A DNA stretch of 32,000 nt, taken from the NCBI RefSeq assembly GCF_012562765.1, contig NZ_CP046226.1:30001-62000 (forward strand). The letters are read 5' to 3'. Below are positions 19,809 through 29,429 of the stretch, piece by piece. This stretch comes from Candidatus Saccharimonadota bacterium (GTDB lineage: Bacteria > Pseudomonadota > Gammaproteobacteria > Enterobacterales > Enterobacteriaceae). The position numbers and the translations under genes were made by a program. The notes under the pieces are model-generated. The model was not told the DNA's origin and searched no databases. It was given only the letters and a program-made list of their open reading frames with translations. Position 1 is the stretch's first letter, and every line of letters begins with the position of its first letter.

Positions 19809-20270
19809 ATGAAAAATGATATTTATTGGATGAATTATGCTTTAAATTTAGCTAAATTAGCAATTAAATCAGGTGAAATACCAGTAGGTGCTATAATTAT
19901 AAAAAATAATAAAATTATTTCAGAAGCTAAAAATAACTCAATTAAAAAAAATGATCCTACAGGACATGCTGAAATAATAGCATTAAGAAAAGCTGGTAAA
20001 TATTTAAAAAATTATAGATTATTAAATACAACTATGTATGTAACATTAGAACCATGTATAATGTGTTCTGGTGCAATAATTATTAGTAGAATTAATCGTT
20101 TAGTATTTAGTATTAGTAATAATAAATACTATCAAATAGGATCCTTTATAGATTTATTAGGAATTTATAATATAAATTATTGCATAAAAATTAATTCTGG
20201 AGTATTAGTTAAAGAATGTACTAGTCTTATTAAAAAATTTTTTTATTTAAAAAGAAAAAAAAATAATTAA
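19809..20270 (+). CDS. tadA: tRNA-specific adenosine deaminase TadA (A34-to-I editing of tRNA-Arg ACG)
   Basis: 153 aa. It carries the zinc deaminase motifs GHAEIIALR and LEPCIMCSGA and is co-linear with E. coli TadA (YWM..AL.LAK...PVGA). Confidence 0.9.
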   Translation: MKNDIYWMNYALNLAKLAIKSGEIPVGAIIIKNNKIISEAKNNSIKKNDPTGHAEIIALRKAGKYLKNYRLLNTTMYVTLEPCIMCSGAIIISRINRLVFSISNNKYYQIGSFIDLLGIYNINYCIKINSGVLVKECTSLIKKFFYLKRKKNN

Positions 20271-20297
20271 TATAATTAGTTTTAGAGGTAATTAATT

Positions 20298-21548
20298 TTG
20301 AATAAAATTAAAAATTACTCAAATTATGATATTGAAATATGGAAATTAATTCAAAAAGAAATTAAACGTCAAGAAGAACATATAGAATTGATTGCATCTG
20401 AAAATTATGCTTCAAATTATGTTATGTATGTTCAAGGTTCTCAATTAACTAATAAATATGCAGAAGGTTATCCTAAAAAAAGATATTATGGTGGATGTAA
20501 ATATATTGATGAAATAGAAAAAATAGCTATAAATAGAGCTAAAAAATTATTTAATGCAAACTATGCTAATGTACAACCACATTCAGGATCGCAAGCTAAT
20601 TTTGCTGTTTATTCTGCATTATTAAATCCTGGAGATATAATAATGGGTTTAGAAAATTCTCATGGAGGTCATTTAACTCATGGTTCTATAGTCAATTTTT
20701 CTGGAAAACTTTATAAAAATATACCTTATAAAATTAATAATAAGGGTGTTATTGATTATAATAATTTATTAAAGTTAGCAAAAATTCATAAACCTAAAAT
20801 GATTATTGGTGGATTTTCCTCTTATTCTGGAATATGTAATTGGAAAAAAATGAGAGAAATAGCTGATATTGTAAAAGCATATTTACTTGTTGATATGGCT
20901 CATATTGCAGGATTAGTAGCTACTAAATTATATCCAAATCCAATACCATATGCTCATGTAGTTACTACTACAACACATAAAACATTAGCTGGTCCAAGAG
21001 GAGGATTAATTTTAGCTGCAGAAAATATTGATAACCTTTTTAATAGATTAGATTCTTCTGTATTTCCAGGTAGTCAAGGTGGTCCTTTAATGCATATTAT
21101 TGCAGCTAAAGCTGTAGCTTTTAAAGAAGCTTCAAAACCAGAATTTATAATCTATCAAAAACAAGTTTTAAAAAATGCTAAATTAATGGTTTCTATATTA
21201 AAAAAACGTAATTATAAAATTATTTCAGGTAATACACATAATCATTTATTTTTATTAGATCTATCTAATACGAACATAAGTGGAATACAAGCAGAAAAAT
21301 TATTAAGCAAACATAATATTATCGTAAATAAAAACAGTATTCCAAATGATTTAAAATCTCCTTTTATTACTTCAGGAATAAGAATTGGTACTCCTGCAAT
21401 TACTAGAAGAGGATTTAAAGAACATGAAGTATCATTAATATCAAACTTTATAGCAGATATTCTTGATGAAAAAAATAAAAATATTTCATATATTAAAAAT
21501 AAAATACTAGAAATGTGTATTAATTTTCCTGTATATCCAATTAATTAA
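20298..21548 (+). CDS. glyA: Serine hydroxymethyltransferase
   Basis: 416 aa with a TTG start and the SD agagg 9 nt upstream. It contains [25 protein letters not shown], the PLP-lysine motif [16 protein letters not shown] and [12 protein letters not shown]. Confidence 0.96.
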   Translation: MNKIKNYSNYDIEIWKLIQKEIKRQEEHIELIASENYASNYVMYVQGSQLTNKYAEGYPKKRYYGGCKYIDEIEKIAINRAKKLFNANYANVQPHSGSQANFAVYSALLNPGDIIMGLENSHGGHLTHGSIVNFSGKLYKNIPYKINNKGVIDYNNLLKLAKIHKPKMIIGGFSSYSGICNWKKMREIADIVKAYLLVDMAHIAGLVATKLYPNPIPYAHVVTTTTHKTLAGPRGGLILAAENIDNLFNRLDSSVFPGSQGGPLMHIIAAKAVAFKEASKPEFIIYQKQVLKNAKLMVSILKKRNYKIISGNTHNHLFLLDLSNTNISGIQAEKLLSKHNIIVNKNSIPNDLKSPFITSGIRIGTPAITRRGFKEHEVSLISNFIADILDEKNKNISYIKNKILEMCINFPVYPIN

Positions 21549-21582
21549 ATAAAATATTTTTTTATTAAAAAGGTTTAAAATA

Positions 21583-22143
21583 ATGTCAAAATGTTATTCT
21601 ATTTTAATTTGTATTACAGATGGTATAGAAGAAATAGAAACTGTTTCTTCTATTGATATTTTAAATAGAAGTAATATGAATGTTACTTTAGTCAGTATAA
21701 CTAATAATTATAAAATATCATGTGCTCATGGTACAAATTTAATTTGTGATGTTCTTTTAAAAGATTTATCAAATAATGATGATTGTATTGCTATGATTTT
21801 ACCTGGAGGAATGAAAGCAGCTAAACATTTTAAATCTAATAAATTATTATTAAAATATATTTATGAATTTAAATCTTCTCAAAGAATTATAGGAGCAATT
21901 TGTGCTACTCCTGCAATTATGCTTATATCAAATAATATTTTTCCTCAAGCAAAAATGACTGGATATTTAGGATTAAAAGACTTAATTCCATCTAAACAAT
22001 GGTCAAATAATCCAGTATGTTGGGATGATAAATTTAAATTATTAACTGCCCAAAGTGTTAAATATTCTATTGAATTTAATTTAAAATTAATTAGTATTAT
22101 TTTAGGAAAAAATTTTTCAAAAAAAATTGCATCTGAATTATAA
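21583..22143 (+). CDS. yajL: DJ-1/PfpI-family protein YajL (ThiJ-like deglycase/chaperone)
   Basis: 186 aa. DG.EEIE..S.IDIL, ILPGG and the nucleophile-elbow motif IGAICATPA are co-linear with E. coli YajL. Confidence 0.82.
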   Translation: MSKCYSILICITDGIEEIETVSSIDILNRSNMNVTLVSITNNYKISCAHGTNLICDVLLKDLSNNDDCIAMILPGGMKAAKHFKSNKLLLKYIYEFKSSQRIIGAICATPAIMLISNNIFPQAKMTGYLGLKDLIPSKQWSNNPVCWDDKFKLLTAQSVKYSIEFNLKLISIILGKNFSKKIASEL

Positions 22144-22177
22144 ATTATTAAATAAATTTAATAAAATTAATAAATAT

Positions 22178-22231
22178 ATATTTATGATTTTTAATAAAAT
22201 TTATTTAAACTTTAATAAAAATCATAAATGT
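22178..22231. terminator. AT-rich hairpin between convergent yajL and nusB; candidate bidirectional terminator
   Basis: Checked base by base. 22181-22193 pairs perfectly with 22216-22228 (13 bp, one G:C pair). The stem extends outward to 22178/22231, and inward by 4 more bp after one A.A mismatch. Both flanks are T-rich. It is the only convergent junction in the window with room for a terminator. Confidence 0.4.
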
Positions 22232-22260
22232 TATATTTATATAAAAAAATACACAATATT

Positions 22261-22680
22261 TTAAATTCTTATTTTATTAACTATTTTATCTAAAACACCA
22301 TTTATAAATTTATAACTATTATCTACTCCTCCAAAACATTTTGCTAAACAAATACCTTCATTAATAATAACTTTATAAGGAACATCTAAACGATTAATTA
22401 ATTCATATAATGAAATTCTTAAAATAGCTTTTTCAATTTGACCTAATTCAAATAATTTACGTGATAAAAAAGGCTTCATTATATTATCTAAATATGTACT
22501 ATTTATTATTACTCCATTTATTAATTCATTAAAATAATTTATATCAATATTTTTAATATCTTTTATAGATTCATTTAAAAAATAATATTGAATATCACTA
22601 AAAGTATTTTTAGATATTTGCCAGGAATAAATTGCCTGTAAAGCATATTTACGAGCTTGATATCTATCTGTAAATTTCAC
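22261..22680 (-). CDS. nusB: Transcription antitermination factor NusB
   Basis: 139 aa, the same length as E. coli NusB. It contains [34 protein letters not shown] and KFINGVLDK. The GTG start overlaps the ribH TGA stop (GTGA, 22677-22680). Confidence 0.93.
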   Translation of the reverse strand: MKFTDRYQARKYALQAIYSWQISKNTFSDIQYYFLNESIKDIKNIDINYFNELINGVIINSTYLDNIMKPFLSRKLFELGQIEKAILRISLYELINRLDVPYKVIINEGICLAKCFGGVDNSYKFINGVLDKIVNKIRI

Positions 22681-23171
22681 TTTACTTCCTTTATTATATT
22701 TAAAGATTTAATTTTTTTAAATAAGTTTATCATTTCTAATAACGTTAAAGCTGCTTCAGTTCCTCGATTTCCTATTTTACTACCAGATCTTTCTATTGCT
22801 TGTTCTATATTATTTGTAGTTAATACTCCAAATGAAATTGGTATTTGATTTTTTACAGATAAATTTAATAATTGAAAACATATAGATTGAGATAAATATT
22901 TAAAATGTAAAGTATTTCCTTTAATAATTGTTCCTATTGTTAGGATTCCATCGTAAATTTTTTTTTTAATTATTAATTTAGTTGTTAATGGTAATTCATA
23001 AGAACCTGGAATCCATATAACAGTTATATTATTTTTTTTTACCATTCCTATTCTTTGAAACGTATCAATAGCAGCATATAATAAATTTTTATTAATAAAT
23101 TCATTAAATCTTGCTATAATAATTGCTATAGACGCTTCTGGTGCTATTACAGTTTCGTTAATTATTTTCAT
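22677..23171 (-). CDS. ribH: 6,7-dimethyl-8-ribityllumazine synthase
   Basis: 164 aa. It contains [44 protein letters not shown] and [14 protein letters not shown]. Confidence 0.94.
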   Translation of the reverse strand: MKIINETVIAPEASIAIIIARFNEFINKNLLYAAIDTFQRIGMVKKNNITVIWIPGSYELPLTTKLIIKKKIYDGILTIGTIIKGNTLHFKYLSQSICFQLLNLSVKNQIPISFGVLTTNNIEQAIERSGSKIGNRGTEAALTLLEMINLFKKIKSLNIIKEVK

Positions 23172-23196
23172 AATAATTTTTAAAATAAAATTAAAT

Positions 23197-24297
23197 TTAT
23201 AAAGGTTTTAATTTTAATCTTAAATCTTTTCCTATTTTTTTTACATTAGTAAAATTAAATTTTAAAACATCATTCATATTAAAAAATTCATTAAGATTAC
23301 AAAAATTTAATGCAATATTACCTAATAATTTAGGTGATAAATAAACTATTAATTCATCTACTAATTTATCTTTTAATAAAGATCCTGCTAATATACTTCC
23401 AGATTCTATAAGAAGATTATTTATACCTTTTGTTCCTAATTTTTTAAATAAATATTTTAAATTTAAAAAACCATTTTTTTCTGGAATAATTATTTGTTCA
23501 ACATAACATGGCCATTTTTCAAATGTATATTTTAATCTAATTAATAATATTTTTCCTGGAAATAATATTAATTTATCAGTAGGTTTTATTAAATTACGTC
23601 TATCTAAAATAATTCTTATTGGTTGTCGTAATAAATATTTAGGATATATTTTCTTTATATGATTATCTAATTCATCCCAACGAACTAATAAAATAGCATT
23701 ATCTTTTAAAATTGTACTACTTGTGCTTAAAATAGCAGAGCTTTGGGCTCTAAGTTTTTGAACATCTTTTCTAGATTCTATAGAAGATATCCATTTACTT
23801 AAACCATTATAAAGACCTATTTTACCATCTAAAGATATTGCTACTTTTAATTTTATATAAGGAATACCTGTACGCATTCTTTTAAAAAAACCTAAATTTA
23901 ACTTTTCAGCTTTTTTAGATAAAAAATTAGTTTTAATTTTTATTCCAAATTTTTTTAATAATTTTAGTCCATATCCATTTATTTTAGGATTAGGATCTTT
24001 ATTTGCTATAATAACACATTTAACTTTAGCTTTTATTAAAGCATTACAACAAGAAGGAGTTAAATTGTAATAATTACATGGTTCTAATGTTGTATAAACA
24101 GTAGAATTTTTTGCAAATTTTCCTGCCATATTTAATGCATTAATTTCTGCATGATTTTGTCCGGATTTTAAATGATATCCAGTACCAACTATTTTATTAT
24201 TATTAACTATTACACAACCTACATTAGGATTAGGAGTTGTTGTAAAAACCCCTAATTTTGCTAATGTAATTGCATATTTCATATAAAATTTATTCAT
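23197..24297 (-). CDS. ribD: Bifunctional riboflavin biosynthesis deaminase/reductase RibD
   Basis: It contains PNPNVGCVIV, the deaminase Zn motifs NHAEINAL and LEPC...PSCC, GFFKRMRTGIPYIKLK and LRAQS.AILT. The track start is GTG 24312. In-frame ATG codons at 24297 and 24282 fit the E. coli N-terminus better, so the start is uncertain within those 30 nt. Confidence 0.92.
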   Translation of the reverse strand: MNKFYMKYAITLAKLGVFTTTPNPNVGCVIVNNNKIVGTGYHLKSGQNHAEINALNMAGKFAKNSTVYTTLEPCNYYNLTPSCCNALIKAKVKCVIIANKDPNPKINGYGLKLLKKFGIKIKTNFLSKKAEKLNLGFFKRMRTGIPYIKLKVAISLDGKIGLYNGLSKWISSIESRKDVQKLRAQSSAILSTSSTILKDNAILLVRWDELDNHIKKIYPKYLLRQPIRIILDRRNLIKPTDKLILFPGKILLIRLKYTFEKWPCYVEQIIIPEKNGFLNLKYLFKKLGTKGINNLLIESGSILAGSLLKDKLVDELIVYLSPKLLGNIALNFCNLNEFFNMNDVLKFNFTNVKKIGKDLRLKLKPL

Positions 24298-24320
24298 TAT
24301 TATAATATTCACTTTATAAA

Positions 24321-24376
24321 ATATTTATATGATAAGTTTTAATTTATTTAAAAATTAAAACTTATCATATAAATAT
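24321..24376. repeat. Perfect 25-bp inverted repeat with a 6-nt loop (hairpin/cruciform-capable palindrome)
   Basis: Checked base by base. 24321-24345 (atatttatatgataagttttaattt) is the exact reverse complement of 24352-24376, and the loop is 24346-24351. It extends to 28 bp (24317-24380) with a single A.A mismatch. The function is unknown. Confidence 0.95.
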
Positions 24377-24718
24377 ATTAAAATATTTTAAGAAATTAAT
24401 TATAAGATAATTAAAATTATTTGTTAATATTTAATAAGTTTTAAAATTATAGTTATTAACTATATTAATAGTATTATGTAAAATGAGTTTGAATTAATAT
24501 TTATTATATAACTTTTATAAAATATAAAACATATATTTAATAATATTAATACATCTATAATTATAAATCATATAATTTACATATTTAAAATAAATATTTA
24601 ATTATTTAATAAAAAATTAAAACTCTTGTTAATTTTTTAATTAAATTATATATCTGATATTAAATAAAATTTATAAAATATTTAACTAAAATTTTTATTA
24701 AAAGAGATTGATATTTTT

Positions 24719-26266
24719 ATGAAAGAAAAAATTATTATTTTTGATACAACATTAAGAGATGGAGAGCAATCTTTAAAAATAAGTTTGAATACTAAAGAAA
24801 AAGTAGAAATAGCTTTAGCATTAGAATCAATGGGTATTGATATAATAGAAGTTGGATTTCCAATTTCTTCTCCTGGAGATTTTAAATCTTTTCAAACAAT
24901 AGCGAGAATTATAAAAAATAGTAAAATATGTGCTTTAGCTAGATGTAAAAAAAAAGATATTGATATAGCTTATGAAGCTTTAAAAATATCATCTAATTTT
25001 AGAATTCATATTTTTTTAGCAACATCACCCATACATATTATTACAAAATTAAAAAGTACTTTAAATAAAGTAATTGAACGTATTATTTTTATGATAAAAT
25101 ATGCTAGAAAATATACTGATGATATTGAATTTTCTTGTGAAGATGCTGGTAGAACTCCTATAGATGATTTATGTTTAGTTGTTCAATCTGCTATTAAAGC
25201 AGGAGCAACAACAATTAATATACCTGATACAGTAGGTTATACTTTTCCTAATGAATATAGTAAGTTAATTCATAATCTAAAAAATAAAGTTAATAATATT
25301 GATCAATGTATTATATCTGTACATACACATAATGATTTAGGTATGGCAGTAGGAAATGCTATTACTGCAATTAATGCAGGAGCAAGACAAATAGAAGGTA
25401 CAATTAATGGAATAGGAGAAAGAGCTGGAAATTGTGCTTTAGAAGAAGTAATAATGGCATTATATACTCATAAAAAAGATATAAATTTTTTTACCAATAT
25501 TAATTATCATAATATATATAAAACAAGTAAAATTGTTAGTAAAATATGTAATATTCCTATAGCAGTTAATAAAGCTATTGTAGGTAAAAATGCTTTTTCT
25601 CATTCTTCAGGAATTCATCAAGATGGAATAATAAAAAATAAATATACTTATGAAATTTTAAATCCTAAAATTATAGGTTTAAATAAAACAGAACTTAATC
25701 TTACCTCAAAATCAGGAAGAGCTGCTATAAAATATCATATGCAATTAATGGGCTATAAAGATAATGATTATGATATAAATAAATTATATAATAATTTTAT
25801 TATATTAGCAGAGAAAAAAGGCCGAGTATTTAATTATGATTTAGAATCTTTAGCATTTAATAGTGAATTTGAAAATACAACTAAATATTATTCTTTAGAA
25901 GATTTTACTATTCAATCTACATATAATTTAATTTCAACTATAAATTTAAAATTAAAATGTGGTAATTTAACAATTTTAAAATCTGCAATAGGTAAAAACC
26001 ATATGAATGTAATTTGTAAAGTTATAAATAAAATTACAAATTATAATTTTTATATTATTAAATATGAATTTGATACTAAAAATTATAATAAAAAAATTAT
26101 TAATCAAGTGAATATACAAATTAAATATAAAAAAAAAATATTTAATGGAATCGAATTTTCTAAAGATATAATGAAAGCTTCAGTTAATGCTATAATTAAT
26201 ATTATTAATAGTATATGGAGATTTAATCAAGTTAAAAAAAACATATTAAAAATAAATACTAAATAA
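24719..26266 (+). CDS. leuA: 2-isopropylmalate synthase
   Basis: 515 aa. It contains [33 protein letters not shown] and HSSGIHQDG. The C-terminal regulatory domain is present but divergent. Confidence 0.95.
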   Translation: MKEKIIIFDTTLRDGEQSLKISLNTKEKVEIALALESMGIDIIEVGFPISSPGDFKSFQTIARIIKNSKICALARCKKKDIDIAYEALKISSNFRIHIFLATSPIHIITKLKSTLNKVIERIIFMIKYARKYTDDIEFSCEDAGRTPIDDLCLVVQSAIKAGATTINIPDTVGYTFPNEYSKLIHNLKNKVNNIDQCIISVHTHNDLGMAVGNAITAINAGARQIEGTINGIGERAGNCALEEVIMALYTHKKDINFFTNINYHNIYKTSKIVSKICNIPIAVNKAIVGKNAFSHSSGIHQDGIIKNKYTYEILNPKIIGLNKTELNLTSKSGRAAIKYHMQLMGYKDNDYDINKLYNNFIILAEKKGRVFNYDLESLAFNSEFENTTKYYSLEDFTIQSTYNLISTINLKLKCGNLTILKSAIGKNHMNVICKVINKITNYNFYIIKYEFDTKNYNKKIINQVNIQIKYKKKIFNGIEFSKDIMKASVNAIINIINSIWRFNQVKKNILKINTK

Positions 26267-26294
26267 ACTTTGTTATTGTTTGGATAAAATGATT

Positions 26295-27386
26295 ATGTCT
26301 AATATATTTAAAATTGCAATTTTACCTGGAGATGGTATTGGTCCTGAAGTAATGAAACAAGCAATTAAAGTATTAAATAAAGTAAGATATTTTTTAAATA
26401 CAAATATTATTACTAATGAATATTTAGTTGGAGGATCTGCTATTGATAAATATGGTGAAGCTTTACCTAAAAAAACATTATTAGGTTGTGAAGAATCTAA
26501 TGCAATATTATTTGGATCAGTTGGAGGTTATAAGTGGGATTATTTACCATTAAATCAAAGACCAGAAAAAAGTGCCTTATTAAAATTAAGAAAGTATTTT
26601 AATCTTTTTATTAATATACGTCCTGCATATATTTATAATAATTTATATATGCTAAGTCCTTTAAAGAATAATATTCTTAGTAAAGGATTTAATATTCTTT
26701 GTATAAGAGAATTAACAGGAGGAATATATTTTGGTAATCCAAATGGAAGAAAAGGTATAGGAAAAAATGAATATTCATTTGATACAGAAATATATTACAG
26801 ATTTGAAATAGAAAGAATAGCTCATATGGCTTTTAATTTTGCTTTACAAAGAAATAAAATAATATGTTCAATTGATAAAGCTAATGTATTAAACACATCT
26901 GTTATGTGGCGTGAAATTTTGAAAGATTTATCTCATCAATATTCACAAGTTAAGTTAAAATTCATGTATATTGATAATGCTGTTATGCAATTAATGAAAA
27001 ATCCATCACAATTTGATGTAATATTATCTACTAATTTATTTGGAGATATTATTTCTGATCAATGTGCTATGATTACAGGATCTATTGGTAATTTACCTTC
27101 TGCCAGTTTAAATAATAAATTTTTCGGTTTATATGAACCAGCTGGAGGTTCAGCACCTGATATTGCAGGAAAAAATATTGCTAATCCTATTGCTCAAATT
27201 TTATCATTATCTATGTTAATTAAATATAGTTTAAGAAATAAAAATATTTCTAAAAAAATAGAAAATGCAATTAAACACGTTTTAAATTTAGGATATAGAA
27301 CTAAAGATTTATTTACTAATCAATCAAATGAAATAATAGTAACAACAGAAGATATGGGAACATTAATTACTAAATATATAACGTAG
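26295..27386 (+). CDS. leuB: 3-isopropylmalate dehydrogenase
   Basis: It contains [24 protein letters not shown] and [13 protein letters not shown]. The track start is TTG 26280. ATG 26295 ([14 protein letters not shown]) reproduces the E. coli N-terminal spacing, and ATG 26289 is also possible. Confidence 0.93.
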   Translation: MSNIFKIAILPGDGIGPEVMKQAIKVLNKVRYFLNTNIITNEYLVGGSAIDKYGEALPKKTLLGCEESNAILFGSVGGYKWDYLPLNQRPEKSALLKLRKYFNLFINIRPAYIYNNLYMLSPLKNNILSKGFNILCIRELTGGIYFGNPNGRKGIGKNEYSFDTEIYYRFEIERIAHMAFNFALQRNKIICSIDKANVLNTSVMWREILKDLSHQYSQVKLKFMYIDNAVMQLMKNPSQFDVILSTNLFGDIISDQCAMITGSIGNLPSASLNNKFFGLYEPAGGSAPDIAGKNIANPIAQILSLSMLIKYSLRNKNISKKIENAIKHVLNLGYRTKDLFTNQSNEIIVTTEDMGTLITKYIT

Positions 27387-27395
27387 GATAATATT

Positions 27396-28793
27396 ATGGG
27401 AAAAACATTATATGAAAAAATATATGATCACCATGTAATTTGTGAATTAAAAGATAATACAACAATATTATATATTGATAGACATTATATTCATGAAGTA
27501 ACTTCACCACAAGCTTTTGAAGCATTACGTAAAAAAAAAAGAATAGTTTATAGACCTTATAAAACATTTGCAACAATGGATCATAATGTATCTACGTTAG
27601 TAAAAGATATTAATGGTTCTGGAACCATAGCAAAACAACAAATGGTAAAATTAATTAAAAATTGTCGAGAATTTAATATTGAATTATATGACATTAATCA
27701 TCCATTTCAAGGAATTGTCCATGTTATTGGTCCAGAACAAGGAATTACTTTACCAGGAATGACTATTGTTTGTGGAGATTCACATACATCAACTCATGGT
27801 GCTTTTGGAGCATTATCTTTTGGAATAGGAACATCTGAAGTTGAACATGTTTTAGCAACACAAACTTTAAAACAAAATCGTGCAAAAAATATGTTAATAA
27901 AAGTAATTGGAAAAATACCAACAAAAATTACTGCAAAAGATATAATTTTAGCAATAATAAAAAAAATAGGAATTAGTGGTTGTAATGGATATATTGTAGA
28001 ATTTTCAGGTAATGTTATAAAAAAATTAAGTATGGAAAGTAGAATGACAATATGTAATATGACTATTGAAATGGGTGCTAAATCAGGATTAATTGCTCCA
28101 GATAATATTACTTTTGAATATTTAAAAAATAAAAATTTTTCTCCTAAAGGAATATTATGGAATGAAGCTATAAGTTTTTGGAAAACATTATATACTGATA
28201 AAGATGCTATTTTTAAAAAAATTGTTACTATTGATATTTCAAATATTGCACCCCAAATTACTTGGGGAACTAATCCTGAACAATCTATAGATATAGATAA
28301 ATCAATTCCTTTAATTAGTTCATTTAAAAGTTTATCTAAAAAAAAAACAGCAAAAAAAGCGTTAAAATATATGAATTTACAAGAAGGTATGAAATTAACT
28401 AGTGTTAATATTAATAAAGTATTTATTGGATCTTGCACAAATTCTAGAATTGAAGATTTAAGAGTAGCTTCTAAAATAATTCAAGGATATAAAATATCTA
28501 ATAATGTTAAAGCAATAGTAGTTCCAGGATCTAATATGGTTAAAAAACAAGCAGAATTAGAAGGATTAGATAAAATATTTATAAATTCTGGATTTGAATG
28601 GAGATTACCTGGTTGTTCTATGTGTTTAGCAATGAATGGTGATATTTTATTATCAGGAGAACGTTGTGCTTCCACAAGTAATAGAAATTTTGAAGGTAGA
28701 CAAGGAAGAAATAGTCGTACTCATTTAGTTAGTCCTATAATGGCAGCTGCAGCAGCTATATGTGGACATTTTATAGATATAAGATATTTTTAA
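27396..28793 (+). CDS. leuC: 3-isopropylmalate dehydratase large subunit
   Basis: 465 aa. It contains [60 protein letters not shown] and [13 protein letters not shown]. The SD AGGA overlaps the leuB stop. Confidence 0.97.
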   Translation: MGKTLYEKIYDHHVICELKDNTTILYIDRHYIHEVTSPQAFEALRKKKRIVYRPYKTFATMDHNVSTLVKDINGSGTIAKQQMVKLIKNCREFNIELYDINHPFQGIVHVIGPEQGITLPGMTIVCGDSHTSTHGAFGALSFGIGTSEVEHVLATQTLKQNRAKNMLIKVIGKIPTKITAKDIILAIIKKIGISGCNGYIVEFSGNVIKKLSMESRMTICNMTIEMGAKSGLIAPDNITFEYLKNKNFSPKGILWNEAISFWKTLYTDKDAIFKKIVTIDISNIAPQITWGTNPEQSIDIDKSIPLISSFKSLSKKKTAKKALKYMNLQEGMKLTSVNINKVFIGSCTNSRIEDLRVASKIIQGYKISNNVKAIVVPGSNMVKKQAELEGLDKIFINSGFEWRLPGCSMCLAMNGDILLSGERCASTSNRNFEGRQGRNSRTHLVSPIMAAAAAICGHFIDIRYF

Positions 28794-28803
28794 TAATATA
28801 AAA

Positions 28804-29406
28804 ATGAAAAATTATTCTTTACAATATAGTGGTATTGTTGCTCCTTTTGATATATCAAATATCGATACAGATGTAATTATACCAAAACAATTTTTACAAA
28901 AAAATGAAAAAATAGGATTTGGTAATCATTTATTTCATAATTGGAGATACATTGATGATGATGGATATATTCCTAATCCAAATTTTATTTTAAATAAAAA
29001 AAAATTTAAAAATGCTACAATTTTACTTACTAGAGATAATTTTGGTTGTGGTTCATCACGTGAACATGCACCATGGTCATTAATAGATTTTGGATTTCAT
29101 ACAATTATTGCATCTAGTTATGCTGATATATTTTATAATAATGCAATAAATAACAAATTATTATTAATAATTTTAGATAAAATTATTATTAATGAACTAT
29201 TTTTTATAGTACAGAATCAACCTGGTATTTCTTTTATTGTAGATTTAGAATCTAAAAAAATTATTGCTGGTATGAAATCTTTTAATTTTAAAATTAATAA
29301 ATTTTTAAAAGAATATATTATAAGTGATTTAGATCAAATAGATCTAACTATGAAAAATATTAACAAAATCATTATGTTTGAAAAAAAATATTTTAATTTT
29401 TTTTAA
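28804..29406 (+). CDS. leuD: 3-isopropylmalate dehydratase small subunit
   Basis: 200 aa. It contains NIDTDVIIPKQFL and NFGCGSSREHAPW, and follows leuC directly. Confidence 0.94.
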   Translation: MKNYSLQYSGIVAPFDISNIDTDVIIPKQFLQKNEKIGFGNHLFHNWRYIDDDGYIPNPNFILNKKKFKNATILLTRDNFGCGSSREHAPWSLIDFGFHTIIASSYADIFYNNAINNKLLLIILDKIIINELFFIVQNQPGISFIVDLESKKIIAGMKSFNFKINKFLKEYIISDLDQIDLTMKNINKIIMFEKKYFNFF

Positions 29407-29429
29407 AATAATTTGAGAAACTTATTATT

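Noticed and set aside
22657-22848. 63-aa ORF antisense to the nusB/ribH junction
   Set aside because: It is a shadow ORF. It overlaps two conserved genes and has no independent support.
24321-24376. The 25-bp palindrome considered as an FMN riboswitch in front of ribD
   Set aside because: An FMN (RFN) element is much longer and multi-stemmed, with conserved G/C-containing cores. Here there is only a single A/T hairpin. The palindrome is kept as a finding of unknown function.
24448-24464. 17-bp palindrome tatagtta-t-taactata in the ribD/leuA spacer, considered as a dimeric operator
   Set aside because: Arms of 8 bp are at chance frequency in about 90% A/T DNA. A similar palindrome occurs at 19565-19581.
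24611-24638. Hairpin aaaaaattaa-N8-ttaatttttt about 80 nt upstream of leuA, considered as a leu attenuator or terminator
   Set aside because: The stem is all A/T and only 10-11 bp long. By my rough estimate several such hairpins are expected by chance in a 400-bp spacer of this composition. There is no associated leader ORF with Leu codons and no alternative antiterminator pairing.
24313-24681. The 12-mer tttataaaatat occurs three times (24313, 24514, 24670) in the ribD/leuA spacer, and tttataaaata also abuts the metE start (about 8314)
   Set aside because: It is probably a low-complexity coincidence or a generic A/T-rich initiation context. The spacing is irregular (201 and 156 bp) and there is no symmetry. 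It would need genome-wide k-mer statistics before it means anything.
27794-28438. 214-aa antisense ORF inside leuC, surprisingly long for such an A/T-rich genome, plus its smaller companions at 27394-27576 and 28481-28675
   Set aside because: In this antisense frame a stop needs a sense Tyr (TAN) or His/Gln (CAN) codon preceded by a T- or C-ending codon. The Tyr, His and Gln codons in this leuC stretch are preceded by A-ending codons (a few spot-checked) or by another non-stop-forming ending. The ORF ends exactly where act|cat creates TCA, so it is a codon-usage shadow. The hydrophobic, low-complexity product and the lack of an SD support this.
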